Assembly (NCBI RefSeq): GCF_006345805.1 | Contig: NC_043005.1 | Location: 59,644,001-59,708,000 of the forward strand | Reading direction: 5' to 3' | Length of the DNA: 64,000 nucleotides | Origin: Octopus sinensis | Lineage: Eukaryota | Shown here: piece by piece, positions 13,559 to 27,000 of the stretch | How the letters are laid out: each line of letters opens with the position of its first letter | Position numbering within the stretch: position 1 is the first letter of the stretch | The notes under the pieces: model-generated | Told to the model about the DNA's origin: nothing | The model's database searches: none | The model's input: the letters and a program-made list of their open reading frames with translations, nothing else | Program-made: the position numbers and the translations under genes

Positions 13559-14608
13559 CGTACGCTTGTGTGTGCGTTCGTGCGTGTTTGCATGTGCGCA
13601 CGTGTGTGCATATGCGCACAAAGAAGCAAAGACTGGGAGATATTACGACCCTTGGCTAGGTGCAGTAAGAAGCAGTGCTTTTATGTATTATGTTCGATCA
13701 CTAACAGCAGATTGATACCCCTGAGTCAAGTGATGGTGTAAAACATAGCGAAGGTTTACACTTACTTTACCAAAGCAGTTGCAATCTACTCGGCAGATTT
13801 CATAAGTCTCTGCAGACACAATTTGATGAATTCAAGAATGAAATAAGATGACCTTGCTCATGTAGAGTGTACGAAAAGTGAAAACGAGACTACTTGATTG
13901 TGAAACAAATGTTTTAAACCGATGTCTATGCCTGCACACATGTCCAGTTCGCCTACTGTAAATTCTTTCCTGACTAATATTTCCTAGGATGTATGTTATA
14001 AACGTTACATGCACTGAATGAATTTAATCTTCTCCTTGCCTACATTTTAACCAATTGATATTAATTTCTTCCAAATGAAATTCCCCTATGCTTTGTTTTA
14101 CAGTGAGTATGCTTATTTTCATCGAATAATCCATGATAGAACTAAATTAACTCTCATTAAATAACAAAATGGGATGCACTTTAGAACAAACATAATATTT
14201 ACATTACTATATACTTAATCATACCATGATATTCTCCAATAATCATTATAATATCTAGTCCATTTGCAGTTCATAATATTATCTGACTATTATTATGAAT
14301 ACTATGCTTGTCTTCAAAAATAATACCACGTATCTTCAAAAATATATAATTTGCAAAACAAACGATGTTAGGAATACTATAGTAAAGTTTACAAATTAGT
14401 ATATGCCTTAACAGTAATCGATAAACGTCTTTCACTGTTGTTATATATATAATTTCATAACTGCCATGAAGTGTTTAATTATTCAATAGACAGATTGTTA
14501 TAAATACGTTGAGTTCACCACTTGCAGCCGTACAACAATATAATATTTTGTTTTAAATAACTGATACAATATTATTAGTTTTCTCGTGAAAAATGATACT
14601 AAGCGTAT

Positions 14609-14990
14609 GGAAGCACTCCGTCGGTTACGACGATGAGGGATCCGGTTGATCCGAATCAACGGAACAGCCTGGTCGTGAAATTAACGTGTAAGTGGCTGAG
14701 CACTCCACAGACACGTGTACCCTTAACGTAGTTCTCCGGGAGATTCAGCGTGACACAGAGAGTGACAAGGCCGGCCCTTTGAAATACAGGTACAACAGAA
14801 ACAGGAAGTAAGAGTGAGAGAAAGTTGTGGTGAAAGAGTACAGCAGGAATCACCACCATCCCCTGCCGGAGCATCGTGGAGCTTTAGGTGTTTTCGCTCA
14901 ATAAACACTCACAACGCCCGGTCTGGGAATCGAAACCGCGATCCTATGACCGCGAGTCCGCTGCCCTAACCACTGGGCCATTGCGCCTCC
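14609..14990 (-). mobile_element. Full-length tRNA-derived SINE (family D) with ~14-bp target-site duplication
   Basis: Minus strand starts ggaggcgcaatggcccagtgg (A box) and has ggtttcgattccc (B box). Flanks are gatactaagcgtat (14595-14608) and gatacaaagtgtat (14991-15004). Confidence 0.9.
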
Positions 14991-15380
14991 GATACAAAGT
15001 GTATTATGTTCTAACTTATGGACTGTCTGCATGCTCAATTGTTGTGATTTTTTCGTATTGACATTTTGCACAAACGGGAGATGTTCCTATCAGTATATAA
15101 TAGATTTTCTCTAAGGACTGGTAGTTAGACGTGTGTAAAATCCTTAAGCTACATTATTGCGTCTTCAAGAATATTTTGCTGAGGTTTGTGTGGAACACCT
15201 AGATACAGTGTTGGTTATTGTCTCAGGAGATGTTCAACATACGTGCGATATGTAATCTTAACTGCACATGTCGATATTCCTTTCATTCCATTCAGTATAT
15301 TTCTTAGTCGTGGCCTGTTCGTGCTTCTCTCAACCTATTCAGGATGAATTCATTCATTCAGGCTAGAGTAGTTCCACCGC

Positions 15381-15407
15381 CTCCCCCCTCCTCCTCCTCC
15401 TCCTCCC

Positions 15408-15438
<31 letters not shown>

Positions 15439-15712
15439 CTCCTCCTCCTTCTTCTTCTTCTCCTTCTTCTTCTTCTTCTTCTTCTTCTCCTTCTTCCCCT
15501 CCTTCTCCTTCTTCTTCTTCTCCTTCTTCTTCTCCTACTTTTCCTTCTTCTCCTCCTCCTTCTTCTTCTCTTTCTTCTTCTCCTTCTTCTTCTCCTTCTT
15601 CTTCTTCTCCTTCTCCTTCTTCTTCTTCTTCTTCTTTTTCTTCTTCACCTCCTCCTCCTCCTCATCCTTCTCCTTCTTCTTCTTCTTCTTCTTCTTCTTC
15701 TTCTTCTTCTTC
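15381..15712. repeat. Compound (CTT)n/(CCT)n pyrimidine tract
   Basis: Read directly. The 204-aa poly-Phe/Ser ORF is a by-product. Confidence 0.95.
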
Positions 15713-15784
15713 ATATCCTGTTGTTTCTCCGCCTACTCCTTTTACTACAAGAGCTTCGCCATCGCCACCGCATTATCATTCGCA

Positions 15785-15835
<51 letters not shown>

Positions 15836-16654
15836 TGTGTGTGTGCGTGTGCGTGCGTGCGTGTTTGTATGTGTGTGTGTGTGTGTGTGTGCGTGTATGT
15901 GTGTGTGGTGTGCGCACTTAATACTGCAAACTGTCAGAATCGTTACCGCAACGGATAAAATGCTTACCGGATTTTCTTCTATGTTTGCACCCTGAGGTAA
16001 AATGCTGCCGAGGAAGGATTCGCCTTCGGAGTCAATAAAAAGAGTTCCGGTTGATTAAACTGGGTGGGTATTTCGATGTAATCGACTAGCACATTCTCGA
16101 AATTACATCGCTGGCTTTGTACGCCAATTTGAAACAAACATATATATAAATTTGTTTGGGTGTGTTTGTGTGTGAAAGTTTATGTATATATTTAAACGTG
16201 TATGTGTAATGTGTGTGTAGGGAAGAGTTTGAATTTTAATAAAATTCGGTCTTCATTTCACTAGCGTTTTACATAGTTCAACATGCTTCAGGTCACTAAA
16301 ATATGTTCTGTCAGAGTGCACTATTGCAAACCTACACAAGCGAACATGTAGAAAGCAAAATAGAAATTTTAAAAGAAGTAGATATATATCTACTTTTTAG
16401 ATATATATCTACTTTTTAAACATCGGCAGGTTAAACGAGTCCACCAGAGTAAAATTGTAATCAAAAGGGGAAAATGGTTGACAGCCATTGGTTCAGAGTA
16501 ACGTAAAACACCCAAAAATAGTCAGAAAGAGCAAATAAAATGAAAAAAGGATTTAAAGGGAAGGGGATAAAATATTTTAAGAGGGTTCAACTGAACGTAA
16601 TACAGGGTAGATATACAATTAAGGCAGTTTCGTTTTAAACAGACGGTATGATAC

Positions 16655-17047
16655 CGATACTGCAGTACATGATTCGAGGTATCTGTACGGAACAATTATA
16701 CGGCGTATTTTCGAAGGCACTGGCTACCCATAGGCAATTGTATCTGTTGCTTTCGTCACACAAACGACCTGTTTTACAAGGTAGTGTAAATGTCTTGTTA
16801 CTAAACTTCTTATTATGAAGAGATATAGCATAAGTATTTCTATTTCTGTTAGACTGACAAGTGTCATTAATAGAGAAGCTAAATGAAGAAGACCTACCAG
16901 GATCATTATTACCACTTATGTAATTACCAATATTGATTAATCTCTTGCTATTCATATCAGCTAAATTAAGCATAGTACAATAAGCAGATCTGTGCCTATT
17001 GAATAAACTTGGACATTTATTACAATAATTATTGAAACGATCAAAAC
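16655..17047 (-). CDS. Candidate 393-nt phase 1-1 exon encoding a ~130-aa Cys-rich extracellular domain (possibly a divergent C-type-lectin-like fold)
   Basis: Acceptor cacttatttttag|GT at 17047. The frame is open for ~146 codons in non-repetitive AT-rich DNA: xFDRFNNYCNKCPSLFNRHRSAYCTMLNL...INDTCQSN...NKTFTLPCKTGRLCDESNRYNCLWVASAFENTPYNCSVQIPRIMYCSI, with 9 Cys and 3 N-glycosylation sequons (NDT, NKT, NCS). Donors G|gtatca (16655) and A|gtatcg (16661) are weak; it could instead be terminal, ending at TAA 16635. Confidence 0.5.
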
Positions 17048-17129
17048 CTAAAAATAAGTGTATTCTATTCTTTTACTTATATTATTTCTTAACGGAATTT
17101 TAGTAGATATTTCAATATATAGATAATAC

Positions 17130-17445
17130 AAAGTAGCGAGGTAGAAACGTTCGCACACCGGGCGAAATGCCTTGTGGTATTTCCTCCGCAGCTGCGTTCT
17201 GAGTTCAAATTCCGCCAAGGTCGACCTTGCCTTTCATCAATTCGGGGTCGATGAATTAAGCACCAGTTACGCACTGGGGTTGATGTAATTGACTTAATAC
17301 GTTTGTCTCTCCTTGTTTGTCCCTTCTGTGTTTAGCCCCTTGCGGGTAGTAAAGAAATAGGTATTTCGTCTGTCTTTATGTTCACCGAGGTCGAATTTGC
17401 CTTTCGTCCTTCGGGGTCGATAAATTAAGTACCAGTTAGCCACTA
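17130..17445 (+). mobile_element. Family B SINE with duplicated central module
   Basis: Head and central block match 3431-3700; a second gtcga.tttgcctttc...gataaattaagtaccag module is at ~17385-17437. Confidence 0.85.
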
Positions 17446-17524
17446 TTTATATAAGTTCAGACCCAGTTAAATTCGTAGATTTCACAACCACGAGTGTATA
17501 TATATATGTATATATATATGTATG

Positions 17525-17607
<83 letters not shown>

Positions 17608-17731
17608 ATAGAAATATAATTAAAGGATGAAATCATAAAAAATTTTATAAGTAGCAAGCGTATAAAATAGACTTATTTCGGTAAATACATAAATAGATAT
17701 TTTTAATAGTATAAAATACAATTATAATTAA

Positions 17732-17866
17732 GGGCACAAAGGCTTCTGTGCCCATATGCTGAAGATAGACGCTAAAGCAACGAGTAGATTATAAAGTGAT
17801 GATTTCGAGTAGTTAGGTCGTTTTGGCGTCTATCTTCAGCATATAGATACAGAAGTCTCTGTGCCC
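17732..17866. mobile_element. 135-bp MITE with ~50-bp TIRs and TTAA flanks (Kolobok-like termini)
   Basis: TTAA|GGGCACA...TGTGCCC|TTAA. The arms gggcacaaaggcttctgtgcccatatgctgaagatagacgc and gcgtctatcttcagcatatagatacagaagtctctgtgccc are imperfect reverse complements. Confidence 0.75.
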
Positions 17867-17925
17867 TTAATTATAAATGCATTTTATATTATTATAACTT
17901 CCCCACTCTCTCTCTCCCTATATTC

Positions 17926-17975
<50 letters not shown>

Positions 17976-18054
17976 GTGTGTGTATGTGTATTTGTATGTA
18001 TATGTATATATATATATATACATATGTGTGTGTATGTATATTTATATGTATATG

Positions 18055-18085
<31 letters not shown>

Positions 18086-18254
18086 ATATATATACATATA
18101 TACATATGTATATGCGTATATATATGTATGTATGCGTACTATTACTATATGAGTGTATGTATGTATCTTCGGCTGCTCTGTATACTGGGGGATATGTATA
18201 TGAGTATGGTTGTGAGTCTATATTTATGTGGCTGTGGGATTGAATTGACATAGT

Positions 18255-18620
18255 TTCTATGAGGTGTGTCTATGTAGGCTGTGCATGGAGAAAGTTGGTG
18301 AGGATAGTGAGTTGGACTTATACGCTTTCTTGCGACTTTTCGAGAGGATTCATGCGCGAATTCCTTAAGTCTATCTTCTAAATTCTTTATTAACAGAAAA
18401 TATAAAAGCCTTACTTCGTTTTTGTATCTTGCTTGCAAGATTCCTTATGGGAATTCGCGTGTTGAAACAAATTTTCTTCTGTCTGGGGAGAGTCATACTG
18501 CCTTAATATCAAACATACCGGTTTAATTTCCACTCGTTTACTATTTATATTTGTTTCGTTTCTAAAGTTTTTGTTGCTTTTGCAACCTTGTCATCTATTG
18601 ACAAGCATCGGGAATTTTGG
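18255..18620 (+). mobile_element. Possible Penelope-like element 3' remnant
   Basis: CRLCMEK...LINRK..LTS...ACKIP resembles the Cys-containing C-terminus of Penelope GIY-YIG ORFs and is followed by a T-rich tail. Heavily degenerate. Confidence 0.35.
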
Positions 18621-19636
18621 AAATGAAAAATTATAAATAATAAATGAGTGGAAACTGAACCGTTGAATGTGTTAGATATTAATGCAGTTTGACACTTTCC
18701 AGACACAACAAACTCAGAGCTTTATTTCTACAGTCAATTATGCAAGGGATCACATTTTAAAGCCAAGCATTTAAATACAAAGAAACCGAAAAAGAAGAAT
18801 GGAGAAAAGGGAAAAGAAACCAAAGATGAGGAGGGTCTGTAATGCAGTAGAGGATGGAGTGGGAGGGGGGTTGAGCCACACATCCCTAAACAAATGGTGT
18901 GTTCAGCTACGTTCTGCATTATCGACCGCGATCTGTCAATACACGACCTTAAAAAGACATTTGTTATTCGCTTCTGGTTTACTTTGCTATTCGACTCACT
19001 TCATGACTTTTATGGGTGTGATTTCCAACCATGACTTATGGTTTGAAAAATTCCGTTTCCATTTTTAATGAGTGGGAACAATTGACCTTCCAGGGTATAT
19101 TTTTTGTTTTATCTGTCTTGCATAGTAAAATATCTGTAATTTATTTTGGGAGGTTCTACTAAAGCAGTTTAGCGAGGACTATTAGAGAAAAATATTGTCC
19201 AGGTCTATTTATAGTATTTTAATAACGGTTTCCTTTACAACTCTAGCTACACGTTTGGTCTCCCATACGTTGGATATAAGAAGAATGGATTTTGTTAATG
19301 TAACAGAGTTGAATCCTGGATGCATCTATGATGATCCTGCATATGGTATGTTGAGTTAGTTTTCTCTATTATACATCTCTGTGTAAATATACCCTTCCAT
19401 TATATAATGCTAAGTATGAAATATAATTTGAATGTTGAAATTAACATACTACGTGGAGATGATTAAGATACAACTGTAGTCATATGGATTTTCGTTTGCA
19501 TGGGCAAATTAAGTTATAATCGCAATTACACTGTAAATTCATAGACATTCCTTGGAAGAGTGCTTACTGTGAATTCTGCTTCATTCTCTGAATCTAGTTT
19601 CTTCATACACTCACACACACATCCACATACACACAT

Positions 19637-19713
<77 letters not shown>

Positions 19714-20741
19714 CGCTCATACATATTCATACACACATATTATGATGTTGGAGAAATACTTCATATGCACATATGTAAATTTCATATTTGCTGAGGATGA
19801 TTTTGCTTTTCGAAGAGAGATAATTGTAATTTGTAGTAGTACCATGTTTCTTAGACACAATCATAAACTATGAATGCGATATAGATATATATTTGTGACC
19901 AGCATATGAATACCGTTACTCTTTTATACTCAAGATATAATCATATATTCCGGAGAAAAAATATTTTATCAGGCACCAATATTACTTATTTATAGGAAGC
20001 TTGATGTGCAGAACAAAATTTAAAATGAACATATTCATTTTATATTTGTATCAATGATAAACTTTATTTTAAGTTTGTTTTGTTATCTATATTTGATTTG
20101 AGGGCTGAATATATTTGCTGATGTTTCGCATTGAGCTTAGAGATATTTTTCTGTTAGTGTTATTTTACATGTCTTTGCACATGGCTGTTAACGTCAGTAA
20201 CACGGCAAAATACGACAGCACGTTAAACCCAATAGATTTAAAAACTAAGTTAATGTAATATTTACATGAATTTCCAGTGACAGCTTCGTGGATTGGTTTT
20301 GTATTTCTTTTCTATTCTCTCATTTCACACATGTCCACGGATACTTTGTGATGCTTCTAGACAACCCTACTAATTATTATTCAACTCAGCAGTGCTCCAG
20401 TCTTACTTGGAATGATTGATAAATCTACATTTATTCGACCCACGGCATTGCCATTTTGTTTAGTAATAAATTAGAAATTAAAAAATAATTTTTATTATGG
20501 TGGATGTTGATTGCAGGATTTACAGAAATCCTTATGAAATGCCTAGCGGTGTTTAGTTATATCTCTTTACATACTGAGTTCCAATCTTGCCACAGATGAT
20601 TATACCTTCTTTCCTTCCAGGACCGATAGGATGAATCAAGGATTATAGTCGGTCAAATCGGATATATCTCACTCCCAACATTCGAGTCTTGTGCATCAAA
20701 TTTAAGCAGTGAGTATAATTGTTGCAATAATAGTTTCTGAT

Positions 20742-21232
20742 TTTTCGAAAACCCGGAAAAACCATTACTGCAGAAAGATATTGCCCTGATATTTCCAAAA
20801 TGAACGAAAAACTGCTACTCCTCCGTCCCAGACTGGTCAACAGAAGAGGGCCAATCAATCTTCATGACAATACTCGACTACAAGTTTCACTAATGATGCT
20901 CAAGAATTTGAGGGAACTCGGCTATGAAGTTCTTCCCCACCCAACTTATCCTCCAGCCCTCTCACTTACCTGCTACTAACTTTTCAAGCACCTTGATGGT
21001 TTCCCGCGAGAGGAGTTCAAAAATCAAACCGATGGTGAAAGTGCGTTGAAAGAGTTCATCAGGTCCAGAACTCTAGATTTTTATGTTACTGCAATAAAAA
21101 AAAAAACTTGTAACCCGTTGGCAAAATTGCATTGATTCTATGATATTTCGATGAATAAAATTTCCGCATTGTTGAAATATATTGCGATGAATTTCAAGCT
21201 TCAAAATGTCACTTAATTCTTACTCAGCCTGA

Positions 21233-21233
<1 letters not shown>
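20742..21233 (+). mobile_element. Mariner 3' half (Hsmar1/SETMAR-like transposase remnant)
   Basis: KPGKTITAERYC...PRLVNRRGPINLHDNTR...ELGYEVLPHPTYPPALS...FKHLDGF...LVTRWQNCIDS, then a TIR-like end. Confidence 0.9.
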
Positions 21234-21289
<56 letters not shown>

Positions 21290-21308
<19 letters not shown>

Positions 21309-21530
21309 TATCTGTGTTTGTCCCCCTCCACTATCTCTTGGCAACCTATGTTTGTGTGTTTATGTCCCCGTTATCGAGCGGTTCAACAAAACAGTCCCGA
21401 TATTATAAGTACAAGGTTTACAAAAATAATAATAATAAGTTCTGGAATCGAGTTTTTCGACTAAAAAAAACAATAAAGTGGTGCTCCAGCATGGTCGCAG
21501 TCAAATGACTGAAACAAATAAAAAAAAAAC
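21290..21530 (+). mobile_element. Family A SINE 3' half
   Basis: tctgtgtttgtcccc...gtggtgctccagcatggtcgcagtcaaatgactgaaac matches 61463-61645. Confidence 0.85.
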
Positions 21531-22397
21531 AAAAGAACAAATCGAACTCTGTTAACTTTCCTTTTATAGTTTCGAGATTGAGAAATCAAGTTACAGGTCA
21601 ACTAGTGCGATCCATTGTATTGACTAATTTCTTCGATCAGATATTTCAGCATGTGCCTATGCAGCAACAGATATGGTTGCTTGATAGGTTCATTAACGCG
21701 TTAGACAAAATACATTAGTCTTTGCGAAATGAGTTCAAATCCCGTTCAAATCCTTTCAGATTCGATGAAATAAAGTACTACTCTGGTGCTTCGATCGATA
21801 TAATCGATTAACGACTTTTTATCAAAATTGCTTGCCTTGTGCCAAAATAAAAAAAAAAAGATAACTACAAGAACTAATCTATTAGATGAACTCATTTTAT
21901 CAGCGGATTTCTCTTCCATATCTTCCATCGAATAAAATCTTTTGTGACATTTTGTTATTATTTGAATTTATTTCACATTAAAATTCTAGATTCTAAGAAT
22001 ACAAAACAAAACAAAATAAATGAACCAACAGATAAAAATAAAACGAAAATCCTTCCATTTTTGGAAGCTGCGTTATAATTTAATATATTGCTGTATTATA
22101 TAATACTTTTACAATTCATTGTTCGGATAGAAAAACTAGTAAATTGCTAACAAATGAATTTAGAAACACAAAACTGCAAAAGTGTGTCAGGTATTTCTAG
22201 GAGACAATAAAATAAAACAGATTTTATGAATAAAACTCAGACACAGTAGCGTATGAGCGCAGACACACACGTACACAGAGACATATATATATATATGCAC
22301 ACACATATCTCTCTCTCTCTCTCTCTCTAACTATCTAGCTGCCCAGACACAGGCATACAGACACACACACACATTCATCTATCATACATTATTATTA

Positions 22398-22428
<31 letters not shown>

Positions 22429-22459
22429 CATAGGGATACACACATATTCATACATACAT

Positions 22460-22554
<95 letters not shown>

Positions 22555-22591
22555 ATATATATATATAATATATATATATAATATATATATA

Positions 22592-22677
<86 letters not shown>

Positions 22678-23403
22678 TCTGCTGCGAAGAGGAAGATAAC
22701 ATATGGAATTTTACGTAAAGTTATTCTTGAATGTTTTTAATTGAACGACTATAATTGAACGACCATAATTACGAAAAGCAATTTATCTTTGTCGCAAATG
22801 CTCAGATTGGTGAAATGCTGATTCAATGGCTACTAATAGTAAATTCAACAAGCTCTAAATTCTATTTCGATATATTGTAAGATGGAAATTTGTTTGGGAA
22901 TGCATGGAGAAATGTTTTATTTGGCTTTTGTTGTTTCTTGAAGCAGGATTGGCGTTCATAGTCTTTCATTCACGAAATTGAGAAATCGTCTTCCTTTTAA
23001 CTTGGGAAGCAATCCACACTGCTTAAAAAAAAATCAATTTCTGCATTAAAGGAAATAATACCAAAAAGAAGCTCAGGTAACTTAATTAGATTACATTCTG
23101 TCAATAGCTGGATGTTCAGAAATCTTAATAGTAATTTCTTTTAAGTTTTGTCACAAGTCGGTGAGTTTATCATACAAACACTACTAACTGAATTTCTGTC
23201 AGTCGTTATATTTTTCTGTTATAACACCTTCAGTTAATCTCAAATTTAAAAGGTAATTGTACTTCATTTTAGCATGCAATCTCTTCATTATTTTTGTTAT
23301 ATGCTGACTATTCTTAAGGGATCTTTACCAAGATCATTTATACAATTTTTTCTCTTAAGAGCAACACGATATCAATAGGTACATGTGTAGCTGCGAATAT
23401 TAT

Positions 23404-23481
<78 letters not shown>

Positions 23482-23937
23482 TATATATAGCTATACATAC
23501 ACATCTCTCTCTCTAGTAATATTATTTATGCTGTTCAGTTATTCTGAACCACAAAGGTCAAAATAAACTAAAGCTACGGACAATCTACACTCTGCAAAAT
23601 ACATATATCAGTACATGTAGAAATAAATTCTAAGATTTTGTATAATACAGCAAAATCTGCCGGGAGCCCAACATATGCTGTGCTGATAATTAAACATAAC
23701 CGTGAACGAGATGGATCTCTGGTTCCAAGTAAATCTTTAGTCTAGACGAAGAATAACTTGTATTGGCTCTTGTCTTACCAACAGCAATAATTCTCATTTA
23801 ACTTCCGTCCTTCGTGTCTCTTGATAACGTTTTTCGTTCTACTAGAAGCCATGTTAAGAACTTCTATCAATGTATCACACCGAAACTCATTGAGAATATA
23901 TAGTACAAGAATGAAGATTTGTCTATGTTTAATTTAC

Positions 23938-24083
23938 ACAGTTTTCGTGTATTGATTTATTATTGTGAAGCCTAGAGTGATGCAAAATATCTGCAATATG
24001 TGCGATCAACCTATATGCCTGTGAACAACGGAAAATGTTTACGAAGAAACAAATAATGAATGCTAAAAAATGAATGCTGAATA
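23938..24083 (-). CDS. Weak candidate exon with a signal-peptide-like hydrophobic segment
   Basis: Acceptor catacttatttttcag|TA; xFSIHFLAFIICFFVNIFRCSQAYRLIAHIADILHHSRLHNNKSIHENC; donor TGT|gtaaat. An open frame this short is expected by chance. Confidence 0.22.
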
Positions 24084-27000
24084 CTGAAAAATAAGTATGT
24101 TTAATCACCTCACACAGACACACAAACATACACACCGGCACACACACATATATACTAATTCAGACACGTTATGTTAGTAGCGAACAGTGTGAGAATGAAG
24201 ACTTAATACCGTGCAAAAATACTTCCTTTATCGACACTAGCTCATATTTCATGCACTGTTGTTTGTAATTTTAAAGTGTTCCCCGCAAGAAATTATGGTA
24301 ATCCATCTCCATCTTCGATTAAGCTAAGCTCGATTTCACGTCACTAAGATGGTACATCTAATTAACTTTTTAAGTCTCATAAAAATATCTCGTAACCAAA
24401 CCCAAAAGGAGATGGGCTACCATTAGATCTTATGTGAAATAATTGACAAATTGAAACTATAATGCTGGAATCATAATGTAGTATCAAATCTCTGCCCGTT
24501 ATATGTATAGCAAATTGTAAAATGTGTTTGTAAAGCAGCAGTAAAATTTTTACACAGCTAACTTTGAAATATATGATTTCATTAACAAAATGACAAAAAA
24601 TTTTGCTTCTTTTCAAGCAGATGGAAAATTTGATTTTTTTGTATCATTTATATATTTTTTACCGGATGTACAACTTCTACGTAAATACTGCAGAGAAACG
24701 CAGATGTAATTTAAACAAAATCTCTTGGATAGCCTCGAAACATATTCAGTATTCATAAACCATTTTATTTTTTGCTGTTTTTAATATTTATCAAGCCAAA
24801 GAATAAATTGTCAATGCAATACACAAGAAGACACATGCCAAAGGAAGTCGAAGTAAATATACTGTTAATGGTGTATGACAAAAATATTGTCCGTTTCGTT
24901 CGGAATTTTCCAGGTGTTGTGGCTCTCAGTTGCTTTCTCTATTATGAAATATGACTATCATAACTGCATGGCGTGAATCCTTTGCTGTTAGTGTGTTACT
25001 ATTCACTGAAAATATTGTCCTGTTTTCTTCACTTATTAACCAAGTCATTTTATTCTGATCTTAGACAGAATAGGCGACTTTGTCAAGCAGCAGGAATGAT
25101 TATATAGACAAAGCAATTTGTCTGCACTAAAAATAAACTATTCCAAATGGATGAATGGTTATAAAACCAACAGCATAACTCCACAGTAGCACATATTACT
25201 ATGCTAGCACACATTCTGGTATTGGCACAAGTAACATACAATACAGGCATAATGAGTTTAGAAGTTCGGCTGTTACACTACATAAAACCAAGAAGGTAAA
25301 ATATGTATGAATATTAACGAAGAGGAATATCACTTAATAGTATTAGTTTATGGTCTCAGTTTATTGTATCAATTTACAATAAAATGTTTGTATAGAGTAT
25401 AAAATATACTATTAGATAATAGAATGTTATAGTAAAATCATAGTTTATAGCATATCTTTATGTACAAAGACGAATGCACCCATAGAAACGTGTGTATATT
25501 TGTGTGCATATGTGTGTGTGTGTGTGAGCAGATGCTAGAAAGGCTGTACTGGTGAAGTTTAATTTGCATCCACGTTGTTTGCATTCAGCTCCACCGCGAG
25601 GCACCTTAGGTGTCTTATACTATAATACCCTGCCTACCTACAATTTCCACATCTATATATCTCTGTTTGTGTAGCTTTATTCTTTCACGGATTGAAGTTT
25701 CAGCAAAAATATAACGATTGAATAAAATACCAGCCTTAAAACAAGTACTTGAGATGATTTTATCCGAACGTAACTTTTATTGGTGCTGCAGTATGGCTAC
25801 AATACGTTGAATGTAATAAGTAAAACAGCATAAGAGATATGATGCTCATTGCCCACATGGACGTTCATGAGATCAGCAAATACAAATTTTACAAGATTCG
25901 CTTGACAATCCCTAAATATATATTATTGCTGAGCATTGACTCTGTTAAGTTCGAAAATGTGATGCATATCATTAAAAAGAAATATCTGCCTGGCTTCTTC
26001 CACTTAATGATAGAATTTTCTTTCAACGGAATTGTTCAAATGTCGAGTTCAAATGACAATTGCGTAGGAGGTTTCAAATAGCAGGTTACCATCCTATCTG
26101 GCGAATGCACATTAAATAATCATTTAGTTTTATAAGAGCCTGGAAGACCATTTGGATAAATATGGCTAAAGCTAAGACTAAAATTAATAAAAGTTTAAAA
26201 TACCGTCGGCTCAGACATCTTGTTTGCTTTCATAAGTTAATTAATAATTTTAAAAATAAGTTAATGTTAAAGGATTATGAAAATGAACAAGAATATTTCA
26301 GACCAATGGCGGATAAATATTCTTTATTTGTGGGTTAACAAGCAAACTATCGTTTTCATGTAAAGGGTTCATGTCAAAAGATAAGTTGCATTTGCTCGCA
26401 ACATTTTATTCCATTCAGTACTATTTTTAAAATCTATATGCTCAGGAAGTAGATAACTTGTCAGCTTGTCTTTAAGTAACAAAACTTCATTTATTTACAG
26501 CAAGCCCTTGAATTTGTCGTTGCTATTGTTGTTTACACACAGGCAACCTCGTCTGTTACAGCACTATTGTACTGTGATTAAGATCATTCCAGATGTATTC
26601 TGCAAGAATTTCTTGCAGGAGAAGTGCATTGAAGAAGTGTCTGCGTCTTCTAAGGCGGTAAGATGCGATTTGAAGGAGATTCAGCAATTATTGCTTGTAA
26701 AACATACTTCAACGGGCCTTGTTTCCTTTGATACATGAAGGGTTGGCTATAAACTGGAATGAATGGCCTCATGTTCAAATATTGAAAGTCCCAAGCATTA
26801 TAACTTTCACTATATCCAAGTGTAGGCAGACAACACCAGTGAAGTAGCTGAAATTGTTACTGTTTGTATTCTGTTGGAGGTACTGCCTTTTTTCACATTC
26901 ATATTTCTTCAATTCTGAATATATTGCTTAATATAGATATTTTTGGTGCCATAAAAACTTCAGCCCAGCTCTTTATCCAGAAATAGCAACCATAATGCTA

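Noticed and set aside
14915-14990. tRNA gene
   Set aside because: The A and B boxes continue into a SINE body; I see no complete cloverleaf or acceptor stem. The same applies to the other SINE heads.
15344-15958. 204-aa poly-Phe/Ser ORF
   Set aside because: It is a translation of (CTT)n, (AT)n and (GT)n microsatellites.
25980-26100. FN3-like start KPPTQLSF...SIIKWKKPG on the minus strand
   Set aside because: In-frame TGA, atypical spacing and no matching C-terminal FN3 motif.
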